Source of the DNA: an uncultured Candidatus Entotheonella sp.
GTDB taxonomy: Bacteria; Tectomicrobia; Entotheonellia; Entotheonellales; Entotheonellaceae
Reading direction: 5' to 3'
Length of the DNA stretch: 64,000 bases
NCBI GenBank assembly: GCA_965217185.1
Contig: OZ244252.1
Coordinates: 4,032,001 to 4,096,000 of the forward strand
Shown: positions 1 to 9,434 of the stretch, one piece after another
Layout of the letters: each line of letters starts with the position of its first letter
Numbering within the stretch: position 1 is the first letter of the stretch
Made by a program: the position numbers and the translations under genes
Notes under the pieces: model-generated
Seen by the model: the letters and a program-made list of their open reading frames with translations, nothing else
Databases searched by the model: none
What the model was told of the DNA's origin: nothing

Positions 1-1259
1 GCGCAGGCGCCTACGGACAGGGCGTAAACGTCTGAGATCGTGCGGCCGCGGATGCGCGTCAGCAGGGCTTCGGGCTGCAGGCGGGTGCCCCCGCAGGCGG
101 CGCAGGTGACGTAGCTGCGGTAGCGCGCCAGGAAAATGCGCACGTGCATGCGGTACGTCCGCGTCTCCAGCCAGGCGAACCAGCCGCGCAGGCCGTAGAA
201 CTCGCCGTGGCCGTCGATGATCATGGCCTGCTGCGTGCTGCTGAGGCTGGCAAACGGCGTGCCGGCGGGGATGTCGTGGTCGGCGCAGAAGGCCAGCAGG
301 GCGCGCCGCTCCTGGCGTGTCGCCTGGGTGCTCCAGGGCTTGATCGCTCCTTGCGCGAGGCTCTTGCGGTGGTCCGGGATGATCAGATCGAGGTCGATGT
401 CGATGGTGCGCCCAAAGCCCTGGCAGACCTGGCAGGCGCCCAGCGGGCTGTTGAACGAAAACAGGTTGGGCACCGGGTCGCGGTAGGTGATGTCGCACGT
501 CGGGCAGTGCAGGTGCTGGCTGAAGCGCAGGGGCTCGCCTTGCGGCAAGTGCACGGTGACGCGGCCCTGGCCGAAGCGCATGGCCTGTTCGAGCGAATCC
601 AGCAGGCGGGCGCGGCGCCCCGGTTGCAGGGGCAGGCGGTCGACCACCACCTCGATGGCGGCGTCCTTCGGCAGGGCGGGCAGTTCCGCGTCCAGCCGCA
701 GCACTTTGTTGTCGGTCAGCAGGCGCGTGAAGCCGAGCCGTTGCAACTCCAGGCGCAGCGCCTTGGTCGTCCGCCCGGCGACGCGCGAGTAGGGAAAGCC
801 GATCATCGTGGTCTGGCCGCCGTACTGCTCCAGTAGCATCGCCACGATGCCGCTGGCCGAACTGCGCTGCACCGGCTCGTCGCACTGCCGGCAGTGCAGC
901 TGGCCCATCTTGGCGAACAGCAGCCGCACGTGGTCGGTCATCTCGGTCATGGTGCCGACCGTGGAGCGGGCGTTCTTTACCGGGTTGCTCTGGTCGATGG
1001 CGATGGCTGGCGGGATGCCCTCGACGTGCTCGACTTGCGGCTTGTCCATGCGCTCCAGGAACTGCCGCGCGTAGGCCGAAAAGCTCTCGACGTAGCGCCG
1101 CTGCCCCTCGGCGTACAGCGTGTCGAAGGCCAAGCTGGACTTGCCCGAGCCGCTGACGCCGGTAATGACGAGCAACTCGTGCAGCGGGATGTCCAGCGAC
1201 AAGTTTTTGAGGTTGTTGTGCTCCGCGCCAACGATGCGGATGACTTCGGTGGTGCTCAT
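1..1259 (-). CDS. uvrA: Excinuclease ABC subunit A (partial, runs off the window start)
   Basis: My minus-strand translation from the ATG at 1259 reads MSTTEVIRIVGAEHNNLKNLSLDIPLHELLVITGVSGSGKSSLAFDTLYAEGQRRYVESFSAYARQFLERMDKP. This is the UvrA Walker A region; a CAAC zinc-finger motif follows. It is absent from the ORF track because it has no stop in the window. Confidence 0.95.
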   Translation of the reverse strand, partial: MSTTEVIRIVGAEHNNLKNLSLDIPLHELLVITGVSGSGKSSLAFDTLYAEGQRRYVESFSAYARQFLERMDKPQVEHVEGIPPAIAIDQSNPVKNARSTVGTMTEMTDHVRLLFAKMGQLHCRQCDEPVQRSSASGIVAMLLEQYGGQTTMIGFPYSRVAGRTTKALRLELQRLGFTRLLTDNKVLRLDAELPALPKDAAIEVVVDRLPLQPGRRARLLDSLEQAMRFGQGRVTVHLPQGEPLRFSQHLHCPTCDITYRDPVPNLFSFNSPLGACQVCQGFGRTIDIDLDLIIPDHRKSLAQGAIKPWSTQATRQERRALLAFCADHDIPAGTPFASLSSTQQAMIIDGHGEFYGLRGWFAWLETRTYRMHVRIFLARYRSYVTCAACGGTRLQPEALLTRIRGRTISDVYALSVGAC

Positions 1260-1287
1260 GGGTGGCCTTGAGAGCCTTTCATATCAA

Positions 1288-1327
1288 TGTGGGTCGGATT
1301 AGCCGCAGGCGTAATCCGACATTCCAC
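1288..1327. repeat. GTAG-type REP-like palindrome, copy 1
   Basis: TGTGGGTCGGATTAGCCGCAGGCGTAATCCGACATTCCAC forms a GTCGGATTA/TAATCCGAC stem. A near-identical copy is at 7079-7116. Confidence 0.85.
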
Positions 1328-1335
1328 ACATAGGC

Positions 1336-1998
1336 TTAGCGATCAGGCGGAAGTTCAAGCCCGTGCCGGGCGCAGAAGTCGGCGAGCTCGCGCAGGGTGC
1401 GGACGTGGGCCTGGGCCTGCGGGTTGCCTTGCCGGCGTCGGCGGTGCGCCTCGGGGTCGGTGTCGAGGATGAGGACACCGTCCACCAGACTGACGTATTG
1501 AGCAAGCCGGAAGTTGACAGCCGCAGGGGCAGCATTAGAACCGGCTTGGCCGTCGGCGAGATCAGGCGGCTTGCCGGCGGCGAAACCGCTGGCAATTTCG
1601 TCGGCGCGGTCGTTGCCGGGGTCGCCGCTGTGACCGCGCACGTGCCGCCACCTGACCCGCCCGGGGTTTTCGGCGTCCAACTGCATCCACAGGTCGCGGT
1701 TCTTGACCGGGGTGCGGCTGGCGGTCACCCAGCCCTTGCGTTTCCAGCCGGGCAGCCATTTCGTCAGCCCGTTGATGACGTATTGGCTGTCCGAGTATAC
1801 GATCGCTGCTGCGTCCGATTCGATGGCCTGCAGAGCCGCCAGCGCGCCTTGCAGTTCCATGCGGTTGTTGGTGGTGGACGCCTCGCGGCCGCCCAGTTCG
1901 TGCACGGCGCCGTCGGGGTAGAGGATGCGTACGCCCCAGCCGCCGGGGCCGGGGTTGCCCAGGCAGGCGCCGTCGGTATACACGAGGATGCCAGGCAT
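1336..1998 (-). CDS. rnhA: Ribonuclease HI with C-terminal extension
   Basis: Motifs YTDGACLGNPGPGGWG, TTNNRMEL, YSDSQYV, VKNRDLW and HVRGHSGDPGNDRAD. Confidence 0.95.
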   Translation of the reverse strand: MPGILVYTDGACLGNPGPGGWGVRILYPDGAVHELGGREASTTNNRMELQGALAALQAIESDAAAIVYSDSQYVINGLTKWLPGWKRKGWVTASRTPVKNRDLWMQLDAENPGRVRWRHVRGHSGDPGNDRADEIASGFAAGKPPDLADGQAGSNAAPAAVNFRLAQYVSLVDGVLILDTDPEAHRRRRQGNPQAQAHVRTLRELADFCARHGLELPPDR

Positions 1999-2159
1999 CG
2001 TTTTGTCACCTTGGCTCTTGCGAGTCGGCTTGGTTTGTGGAGTTTGGAGCGGCTTGGCTGACGACGATTAAAGGCTTGAAAAACGGCAGAACCTGTATAT
2101 CTTGAGGCGTTTTCGAACCACCCGCATCGGACAGAAGTCCGTCAGAGGAGCTTACGCGA

Positions 2160-2671
2160 ATGGCGATTCGAACCGCAGACGTAATTATGCCAGGAAACGA
2201 AAATGCGTTCGACACGGGGGCGCGGGGCGCCTTGCCCAAACTGGCAGACCTCGAAGATAAATACCGCACCCTGCTGGAAGGGCCGGTCACCTGCACCTTG
2301 GCGACTATGATGCCCAATGGCCGGCCCCAACTGACCCCCATCTGGGTGGCCCACGACGGCACGCATATCCTGGTGAATACCAAGAAGGGGCGGGTCAAGG
2401 AGAGAACATGCGCGCCCGGCCGCAGGTCAGCATCATGGCGGTGAACCCGGAGAATCCGTACCACTGGATGACGATCAACGGCCGCGTCGTCGATATGATC
2501 GAGGAGACCGACCCGCAGCGGGGGCACGAGGCCACGACCAACGTGAATGCCCTGTCCAAGCGCTACATCGATCAAGACCCGTATCCGCTGCGCGATCCGC
2601 GCGGTGAAGTGCGGGTGCTGTTCAAGGTGCTGCCGGAATACATCATGACGTTTGGCCCGCCGCCGAGCTGA
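2160..2671 (+). pseudogene. PPOX-class (F420/FMN-binding) oxidoreductase, split by a -1 frameshift near 2405
   Basis: ORF 2160-2444 (LATMMPNGRPQLTPIWV...KGRVKER) continues in ORF 2408-2671 (MRARPQVSI...). Adding one A in GAGAGAACATG restores KERNMRARP. It could be a sequencing indel. Confidence 0.75.
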
Positions 2672-2794
2672 GTTCGGGAGAACACTCCTGTAACCTGAAA
2701 TCATAGTGCTTTTTGACGCGGTCTCCATCACGCAGGGCCAGTTACTTGGGTCCCCGCCACAAGAAATAGAATTTCTGGGGCGGGACCGAAGCCC

Positions 2795-3093
2795 TTGGAC
2801 CGGCCCTTGAATGGGATGCGGACAAAGATAGAGCAAATCGAGCCAAGCACGGTATGAGCTTCGAGGAAGTCCTGTCTATCTTCGACGGACCCACCCTCAC
2901 AAAACTTGATGACCGGAGAGATTATGGCGAAATACGCCGGATCACCACGGGTATGCTCTTGCCGGATATCGTGCTGGTAGCGGCCCATACGGACCGCGGC
3001 GGGAAGATTCGGCTCATTTCAGCCCGCAAAGCCAATCGCCAGGAAAGGCAGGCATTTTATGACTATCTCGCGAAAGCGTCTGAAGGAAATTGA
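2795..3093 (+). pseudogene. BrnT-family toxin with a probable 5' frameshift
   Basis: The frame upstream of the ATG at 2854 reads LEWDADKDRANRAKHGMSFEE...IRLISARKANRQER, the BrnT pattern, but has no start codon. TTG at 2795 plus one T gives MDRPFEWD. Confidence 0.7.
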
Positions 3094-3295
3094 AGCCATA
3101 CGGGACGAGGATATCGACTATAGCGACATCCCTGAAACCGATGCAGCGTTCTGGGCGGATGCGGAATTCCGTATGCCCCCGGCCAAAGGCCAAAAGGGGC
3201 GTGCACTTGGAAATGGCGGCGCGAGCAAACATATCTCCAATCGGAGGCGGCTTAACGATGGAACTAAGCAGAGGGGAACAGCAAGTGGCTGTTAA
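3059..3295 (+). pseudogene. BrnA-family antitoxin, N-terminal part only
   Basis: DEDIDYSDIPETDAAFWADA is a typical BrnA N-terminus and overlaps brnT. The C-terminal RHH domain is missing, with a frameshift near 3180. Confidence 0.65.
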
Positions 3296-3791
3296 AAGCC
3301 TAATCTCCAGCCTTAACAGTATAAGTGCATTGGATGATCGATCAGCAGCATTGGTGGCTTTTTCCCATTTGGAAGGAGCTTTGCAGCAGGCTGTCGCAAA
3401 TAAATTAATTTGTTGCGACGATACAGAAATCTATAATCGCTTGTTTCAAGATGGTCCTTTGAGTAGCTTCTATAGCCAAATGTTGTGCGGACGTGCATTA
3501 GGCATGTTTGGACCTAAAACCTATAAGGATTTGGATAATCTCAGAAAAATTCGGAACCACTTTGCCCATGGATGGAAATGTGACACATTTGAGTCTGATT
3601 CCATTCGGGATCGCTGCAAAAACATAACCCTTCCTGAATGGGCGCCAAAGGTCAAACACAAATGGGGCCTGGAGGACAAATACCAAGAACCGCCAGTGAC
3701 GCCTATAGACCTGTATACAGGGTCATGTCTCAGGTACTGGAATGCCTTCGCAAACGTCTTGCTCGACGAAGAGTCCTTTCCACTGGAATAA
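3258..3791 (+). CDS. MtlR-like HEPN-domain protein
   Basis: GGAGG RBS at 3243. Motifs DRSAALV, GPLSSF and LRKIRNHFAH (RxxxxH). AT-rich relative to the flanks. Confidence 0.65.
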   Translation: MELSRGEQQVAVKSLISSLNSISALDDRSAALVAFSHLEGALQQAVANKLICCDDTEIYNRLFQDGPLSSFYSQMLCGRALGMFGPKTYKDLDNLRKIRNHFAHGWKCDTFESDSIRDRCKNITLPEWAPKVKHKWGLEDKYQEPPVTPIDLYTGSCLRYWNAFANVLLDEESFPLE

Positions 3792-3891
3792 GTAGTTGTT
3801 CTTGAGGACGGAAGCGGTTTCATAAATCTCTGACGGGTGCTCTATAGGCCATCGATTGTGACCGGATTTCAACCGTCCGAGGAGGTACCCA

Positions 3892-4242
3892 ATGCCGGTC
3901 GTTGACACACTGAGACTCAAAACCAGGCTAGCGGACAGCGGCATGCCTGAGACACAGGCACAGGTTCTTGTCGAAGAACTCGACGAGGTGCTGAGTACAG
4001 CGATTACCGCCCAAGTCGCAACCAAGGCGGATGTCGTTGAACTGCGCGCTGCCATCAGCGCCATCCACGAGCGCTTCGAGCAGATTGACAAGCGCTTCGA
4101 GGACATGAATCAAAGTGTCAATCAGCGCTTCAACGACCTAAACCAGAACGTCGTGCAAATGCGCTCCTGGTTGGTGGGCCTCTATGTCTTCATTGCCTTC
4201 GGCTTTCTCGGAATGATCGTGAAGGACCTGATCCTCAAGTAG
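3892..4242 (+). CDS. DUF1640/CCDC90-like coiled-coil protein with C-terminal TM helix
   Basis: GGAGG RBS. DTL...GMPETQAQ...VATKAD head, coiled coil and hydrophobic tail. Paralog at 37121. Confidence 0.8.
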   Translation: MPVVDTLRLKTRLADSGMPETQAQVLVEELDEVLSTAITAQVATKADVVELRAAISAIHERFEQIDKRFEDMNQSVNQRFNDLNQNVVQMRSWLVGLYVFIAFGFLGMIVKDLILK

Positions 4243-4362
4243 GTTCTGCGGCTCGTCTCGGCCTCCCTGAGTACTCCCGCATAGCCGCAGATGGTACGGC
4301 CGCCTGCATCACAATCGGCACCCGAGAATCTCTTTCCAAACCCACCCGCTTGCCTCATAAAA

Positions 4363-5409
4363 TCACGACGCTTCATCATCGATCCCACGAACCAGGTCAA
4401 TCGCACGGCCCAGCGTGTCCAGCCGTTCGGCGAGGATGCTGCCGGCGGGATAGACGCGGAGGGTCGTGATGCCCGCGTCACGCCAAGCCCGCATGCGCTC
4501 CCGCACCATGGCCTCGGTGCCGACCATCGTGGTTTCCAGCACCATCTCGTCGGGGACGCACGCGACGGCTTCCTGGCGCTTGCCAGCCATCCAAAGCTGC
4601 TGCACCTGCGCGGCCACGTCGGCCCAGCCCTGGCGGCTGTAGGCGTCGTTGTAGAAATTGGTGCGGGCCGAGCCCATGCCGCCGAGGGAAAATGCCAGGC
4701 CGCGCTTGCGTTCGGCGATCAGGGCGTCGATGTCGTCGCTGAAGGCTACGTCGCCGCCTTGCGACAGGTCCAGGTCAGAGAGGCTGCGACCGGCGCGGGC
4801 GGCGCCGGCGGCCAGATGAGCGGTGTAGGCCGCGGCGCCGCGCGGGATGAAGCTGGTGCCGATCCAGCCATCGGCGAGTTCGCCGGTCAACTCCAGCATT
4901 TTCGGCGCCATGGTGGCCAGGTAGATAGGGATGTCGGGATTCGCCGGCTGGCTGAGGCGCAGCGCCTTGCCCTCGCCGCCGGGCCGCGGCAGGGTGAAAT
5001 ACCTGCCTTGGTAAGCGATGCGATCGCCGGCGAACGCCAGGCGGATAATGTCGATGGTCTCGCGCATGCGGCCCAGGGGGTGCGCGAACGGCTGGCCGTG
5101 CAGCCCCTCGATGACCTGCGGGCCGCTGACCCCGAGACCGAGGATGAAGCGGTTGTTGCACAGGCTGCTCAGGGTGAGGGCGGTCTGGGCGACCAGGGCG
5201 GGGGTGCGGATACCGAGTTGCAGGATGCCGCTGGCCAGCAGGATGCGCTCGGTTTTCGCCGCCAGGTACGCCAGCGGGCTGACGCCGTCGGTGCCCCAGG
5301 CTTCGGCGACGAAGCACACCGCGGCGCCGAGCCGTTCGGCTTCCTGCACGTAGGTGACGGCGTCGTCCCACGAGCCGCCCGCGGAGCCAAGCTGGATGGC
5401 CACGCGCAT
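4363..5409 (-). CDS. LLM-class (luciferase-like, probably F420-dependent) oxidoreductase
   Basis: Motifs AEAWGTD, RFILGLGVSGPQVIEGLHG and IPIYLA...TGELADGW. Start placed at MRVAIQLG. Confidence 0.9.
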   Translation of the reverse strand: MRVAIQLGSAGGSWDDAVTYVQEAERLGAAVCFVAEAWGTDGVSPLAYLAAKTERILLASGILQLGIRTPALVAQTALTLSSLCNNRFILGLGVSGPQVIEGLHGQPFAHPLGRMRETIDIIRLAFAGDRIAYQGRYFTLPRPGGEGKALRLSQPANPDIPIYLATMAPKMLELTGELADGWIGTSFIPRGAAAYTAHLAAGAARAGRSLSDLDLSQGGDVAFSDDIDALIAERKRGLAFSLGGMGSARTNFYNDAYSRQGWADVAAQVQQLWMAGKRQEAVACVPDEMVLETTMVGTEAMVRERMRAWRDAGITTLRVYPAGSILAERLDTLGRAIDLVRGIDDEAS

Positions 5410-5411
5410 CG

Positions 5412-5906
5412 TCAGGCCCCTTGCTCGGCGGCGGCTTTCAGACCTTCCAGGGTGGCTTGCATGTTGCGGCGGATCTCGGCGCAGCGGGCGGCAACGATGT
5501 CTTCTTCGCGGTCGGGTTGCTCGGCAATGCGTGCCGTCAAGCCGGAGGGTCCCGGCCCCAGGCGCACGTGCTGCCGCACCCGCGTGCCGCCACCCTCGGG
5601 CTGCAGATCGAATCGCCACGTCGCGGCGGCGTTGTCGGGATCGCTCACCGCCCAGGCGAGCGCTTGCCCCGGCACCGATTCGATGACCGTGGACTCACTT
5701 ACCCACTCCCGCTCACCGCGCCTGTTGCGGCCCTTGAACCGCATTCCGACGGCGGGCCCGGTGGCGCCGTCGAGCCAGTCGCCGCCCTGGTACTCGGGGC
5801 TCCACTCGCCCATGAGCGCGAGGTCGCCCACCAGTTCCCACACCCGCGCCGGGGTTGCCTCCACCGAAATTTCTACTTCAACGGTTGGTCCGTCTTGCAT
5901 TCGCAT
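5412..5906 (-). CDS. SRPBCC / polyketide cyclase family protein
   Basis: VEATPARVWELVGD...MGEWSPE...GPAVGMRFKGRNR...NMQATLEGLKAAAE. Confidence 0.85.
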   Translation of the reverse strand: MRMQDGPTVEVEISVEATPARVWELVGDLALMGEWSPEYQGGDWLDGATGPAVGMRFKGRNRRGEREWVSESTVIESVPGQALAWAVSDPDNAAATWRFDLQPEGGGTRVRQHVRLGPGPSGLTARIAEQPDREEDIVAARCAEIRRNMQATLEGLKAAAEQGA

Positions 5907-5937
5907 AGCTGTTTTCCTTGTATGGAAGTGTCGTTCT

Positions 5938-7029
5938 TTATCTCACCCGCGACGCCATGACCACGCTGCCGGCCGCAAAACAGCCGTTGGCGCTCCAGGC
6001 CGCCAGCAACGGCGGAAGTTGCCCGTTGACGCCGAGAGCGATGGCTAGGGAGTGCAGAATCCAATAGCTGAAACCGGCGGCCAAGGTCAGGGCGACGGCG
6101 CGAATCATGCCGCCGCTGCGGTTGGAGAGCAGGGAAAGGGGCAGGCCGAAGCAGGCCATGAGGACGCCCACCGCGGCGAAGGCGATCTTGCCGTGAAATG
6201 CCACCCGATAGAGGCGGTCCGGCACCCCTTGCTGCCGCAGGCGCCGGGCGTGCGCAAGGCTCTCCTGCAGACTCATCTCGTCCGGTTCCTTGCGCACCGC
6301 GCCGATGTCCTCGGCGCGTTCCGGGAAGTCGACGCGCCGGACGGCGAATACCTCCGGGCTATCCACGAAATGGCCCTGTGCGTCGAAGGTGTGCCGTTGC
6401 CCGTCGTGCAGCGTCCAGCCGTCGGCATCCCAGCGTGCCTCGGCGGCATCGTAACGCTGCCGAACGCGCCCGGCGTCGTCCACTTCGAAGATGGTGACGT
6501 TGAGCAGGCGTTGTTCCAGCGGCAAACCGCGCTTGATGCTCCAAATACGCTGGGCGCTACGATACCAGATGTGCCCACGCTGAAACAGGCCCTGCCCCAG
6601 GTCCATCTTGGCGTGGCGGACGCGGGTGCGCCAGATCAGGTTGGCGGTGTGGTTGGTGTGCGGCACCAGGTAGGCTTGCGCCATCAGCATCACCAGGCAC
6701 ACGATGCCGCCTGCCAAGGCCAACGGCCAGGCGAGGCTCAGGGGCGAGCGGCCCGCGGCGCGGATTGCCACGATTTCGTTGTTCTTGTTGAGGGTGCTGA
6801 AGGTGAGAACCGAGGCCAGCAGGCAGCCCACCGGCGCCATCTGGTAGAGGATACCGGGCAGCTTGAACGCCAGGTAGCGCGCCGCGTCGTACCACAGGAC
6901 CTGCCGCTCGATGAATTCGTCGATGCGGTCGAAGATTTCCACGACCAGGAACAGGGCTGTGCAGAGGCCCAGGCTGGCGGCGAAATAGGTCACGAAGTAG
7001 CGGCAGACGTAGCGGCTAAACAACGACAT
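5938..7029 (-). CDS. lptG: LPS export ABC transporter permease LptG/LptF family
   Basis: Three N-terminal TM helices, NNEIVAIRAAG, a periplasmic beta domain, three C-terminal TM helices and LPPLLAAWSAN. Confidence 0.85.
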   Translation of the reverse strand: MSLFSRYVCRYFVTYFAASLGLCTALFLVVEIFDRIDEFIERQVLWYDAARYLAFKLPGILYQMAPVGCLLASVLTFSTLNKNNEIVAIRAAGRSPLSLAWPLALAGGIVCLVMLMAQAYLVPHTNHTANLIWRTRVRHAKMDLGQGLFQRGHIWYRSAQRIWSIKRGLPLEQRLLNVTIFEVDDAGRVRQRYDAAEARWDADGWTLHDGQRHTFDAQGHFVDSPEVFAVRRVDFPERAEDIGAVRKEPDEMSLQESLAHARRLRQQGVPDRLYRVAFHGKIAFAAVGVLMACFGLPLSLLSNRSGGMIRAVALTLAAGFSYWILHSLAIALGVNGQLPPLLAAWSANGCFAAGSVVMASRVR

Positions 7030-7078
7030 GGGAGAATTCCGTTTCGGTTTGCGGAACGGCGGGAACGTTGGCGGTTGT

Positions 7079-7116
7079 TGTAGGTCGGATTAGCGCAGCG
7101 TAATCCGACATTCCAC
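7079..7116. repeat. GTAG-type REP-like palindrome, copy 2
   Basis: TGTAGGTCGGATTAGCGCAGCGTAATCCGACATTCCAC abuts the stop codon of the minus-strand methyltransferase. Confidence 0.85.
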
Positions 7117-7766
7117 TATGCGCTGCGGCAGACGCAATAGATGACTTTGATGTTGTCGGCATAATCCGCGTTGCCGGGCAGATACACCTGGGGCTCGGAG
7201 ACGGAAACCGGCGTCCATATCCCCTCGTCTGCCAGTGTTTGCATCACCCCTGCGACGTCACGTTCGTTGAAGAGGTCCTCCCGCTGCGTAAAGGCCACCA
7301 GGCCGCCGGGCTGCACGACCCGGCAAAATTCCCGCAGGATAGCGGCCGTGTCCGGGACATAGGTCAGCACCCCCACGCACTGCACGGCGGCGTATGCGTC
7401 GGTTGCAAGTGGTAGGGGCACCTGTTGCATGTTGACCTGGATGAGACGCTCGTAGACCCCGGCCTGCGCAGCCACGTCGAGCGACGCCTGGGAGATGTCG
7501 ATGCCCGTCAGGCGCCGGAACCCGGCGGCGTGCAACGCCTTCCCGGACAGCCCAGTGCCGCATCCGGCGTCCAGAACGTGACCGTCCGGCGGCACTTCCT
7601 GCTTGAGCATCGTTGCCACGATCATCGGGCTTTGGTAGTCCCATTGCGCCAGGGTCTGGTCGTAGTTTTCGGCCCAGGTATCATAATAAGTTGCGGTTTC
7701 CTGGCTGTCGGTGCTGAGCTTGGTGAGCCAGTTGTGGTCGTTGGGATTGGGGGGTGATGCGGTCAT
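7116..7766 (-). CDS. Class I SAM-dependent methyltransferase
   Basis: Motifs YYDTWAENYD, VLDAGCGTGL, GIDIS and RVVQPGG. Confidence 0.9.
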   Translation of the reverse strand: MTASPPNPNDHNWLTKLSTDSQETATYYDTWAENYDQTLAQWDYQSPMIVATMLKQEVPPDGHVLDAGCGTGLSGKALHAAGFRRLTGIDISQASLDVAAQAGVYERLIQVNMQQVPLPLATDAYAAVQCVGVLTYVPDTAAILREFCRVVQPGGLVAFTQREDLFNERDVAGVMQTLADEGIWTPVSVSEPQVYLPGNADYADNIKVIYCVCRSA

Positions 7767-8003
7767 GGGGTCTCCGTAGGTCGTAGCGTCCTGTTGTCCG
7801 CGCGTCGTCCTCGCGTCATATTACCCAGGGTGCGAGAATAGGGTCAAACCTCTGTTATGGCTTGCGCCTCTGGGAGTGTAGCCGGTGTGCTGGCGGTCGG
7901 TCCATCTGATGCGATATGCTTCCCTCGAGTGAACTGGTGCCATGCCAAGCTTGGTGCGGAGAACATCGCAGCCATTCTGAAACTCGCTTGAGAGCCAACC
8001 AAA

Positions 8004-9434
8004 ATGACTCAGAGCGCCTTTGCTTTCCTCAGGAACGCTTCGGACGTGCCCGGCTCGCCAAATGGTGGATCAACATCCGCTCGAGCCGCGTTACACGCGC
8101 GTTTTGCGGACCGTATCATTGTTGACCACGACCTCACGCGGCGCCTCGTTTCGTATCAAGGAAATAAGCACATCCCAGGTTTTCGCTGGATGAAGTACAA
8201 GGAGGGGTTCTCCGCGCCTCTTGTCGAGCGCTTCCTCGGCTATGGCGGCGCCAAGCCGACCCGCGTGCTGGATCCCTTTTCCGGTATGGGGACCACTGCC
8301 CTCACGGCCAGTCGGGGAGGCCGTGAAGCGACGGGCATCGAGGTCATGCAGGTGGGCAATCTCGTCGCAAGAGCCATTACATCTGTTGCCAACGGCATCG
8401 ACCCCCGACACCTTTCAGACGCCTCGCGGGGTCTTCTGGATTACCTGGGACATGGCGTTCCCGATTCGGAGTACGCCTTTCCACACGTTCGCATTACCCG
8501 CGGCGCGTTCTCCCCACAGGCTGAGGCGGACATTGCCAAGGCGCGCACGTTCATTTCTAAAATAGCTGGCGGCGAATTGGCCATGGTGTTGACGACTGCC
8601 TGCGTCACCGCCATCGAGGAAATCAGCTACACGCGCAAAGACGGTCAGTACCTGCGTTGGGATCCACGGTCGGGCCGGACAGAGAGCGCACGATTAGACA
8701 AAGGGCCTCTGCCTACGCTCGGCGACGTGCTGAAACGCCGACTCGGCGAGATCGCCGACGATTTGCCGGTCCTCAAGCGCAGATACGCGGGGCCGTCTCC
8801 ACGCTTTGTCGATGGCTCTTGTCTGACCGAATTGAACAGCCTCTCCCCTGATGAATTCGATACCGTCATCACGTCCCCCCCTTACGCGAATCGGTATGAC
8901 TACACCCGCACCTATGCCCTGGAACTGGCTTGGCTCGGTTACGACGAGCAGCGTTTCAAGACATTGCGCCAAACGTTGCTGTCCGCAACCGTCGAGAATC
9001 ACTCGAAACGCGCCGAGTTGGAGGCCATGTACCAAGCAAGGTCGGCCAGCTTGACCGGAGTATTCGATATGGTGGACAGCAACCCCGCCTTATGCGAGGT
9101 GCTCGATATCCTCCGGGATCACGCAGCCGAACTCGGCAACAGGCATGTCATCCGTCTGCTCGAGCATTACTTCACCGAAATGGCCGTTGTCATCCATGAA
9201 TTGGCGCGCGTTGTTGCCGCAGGCGGACATGTCTTCATGGTTAACGATAACGTGCGTTATCACGGCGAGGAAGCACCCGTGGACCTGATTCTCTCCGACT
9301 TCGCCGAGCAGGCGGGATTCCGTTGCAAGTCGATCTGGACGTTGCCACGGGGCAAGGGAAATTCCAGCCAGCAGATGGGTCGATTCGGGCGGGAAGAGAT
9401 ACGCAAATGCGTGTACCACTGGATGAAGCTGTGA
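8004..9434 (+). CDS. N4-cytosine DNA methyltransferase of a type II R-M system
   Basis: Motif I VLDPFSGMGTT precedes the catalytic motif IV ITSPPY. The stop overlaps the start of the downstream endonuclease (TGATG). Confidence 0.88.
   Translation: MTQSAFAFLRNASDVPGSPNGGSTSARAALHARFADRIIVDHDLTRRLVSYQGNKHIPGFRWMKYKEGFSAPLVERFLGYGGAKPTRVLDPFSGMGTTALTASRGGREATGIEVMQVGNLVARAITSVANGIDPRHLSDASRGLLDYLGHGVPDSEYAFPHVRITRGAFSPQAEADIAKARTFISKIAGGELAMVLTTACVTAIEEISYTRKDGQYLRWDPRSGRTESARLDKGPLPTLGDVLKRRLGEIADDLPVLKRRYAGPSPRFVDGSCLTELNSLSPDEFDTVITSPPYANRYDYTRTYALELAWLGYDEQRFKTLRQTLLSATVENHSKRAELEAMYQARSASLTGVFDMVDSNPALCEVLDILRDHAAELGNRHVIRLLEHYFTEMAVVIHELARVVAAGGHVFMVNDNVRYHGEEAPVDLILSDFAEQAGFRCKSIWTLPRGKGNSSQQMGRFGREEIRKCVYHWMKL

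Noticed and set aside
1336..1520. RNase HI C-terminal extension as a novel domain
   Set aside because: It resembles, from memory, degenerate hybrid-binding extensions seen in other bacterial RNase HI proteins, so novelty is low.
4291..6048. Long antisense or alternative-frame ORFs (e.g. 4291-6048, 11131-12801, 14010-15836, 27022-28734, 45575-47524)
   Set aside because: They are shadow ORFs of real genes in high-GC DNA and have no motifs.
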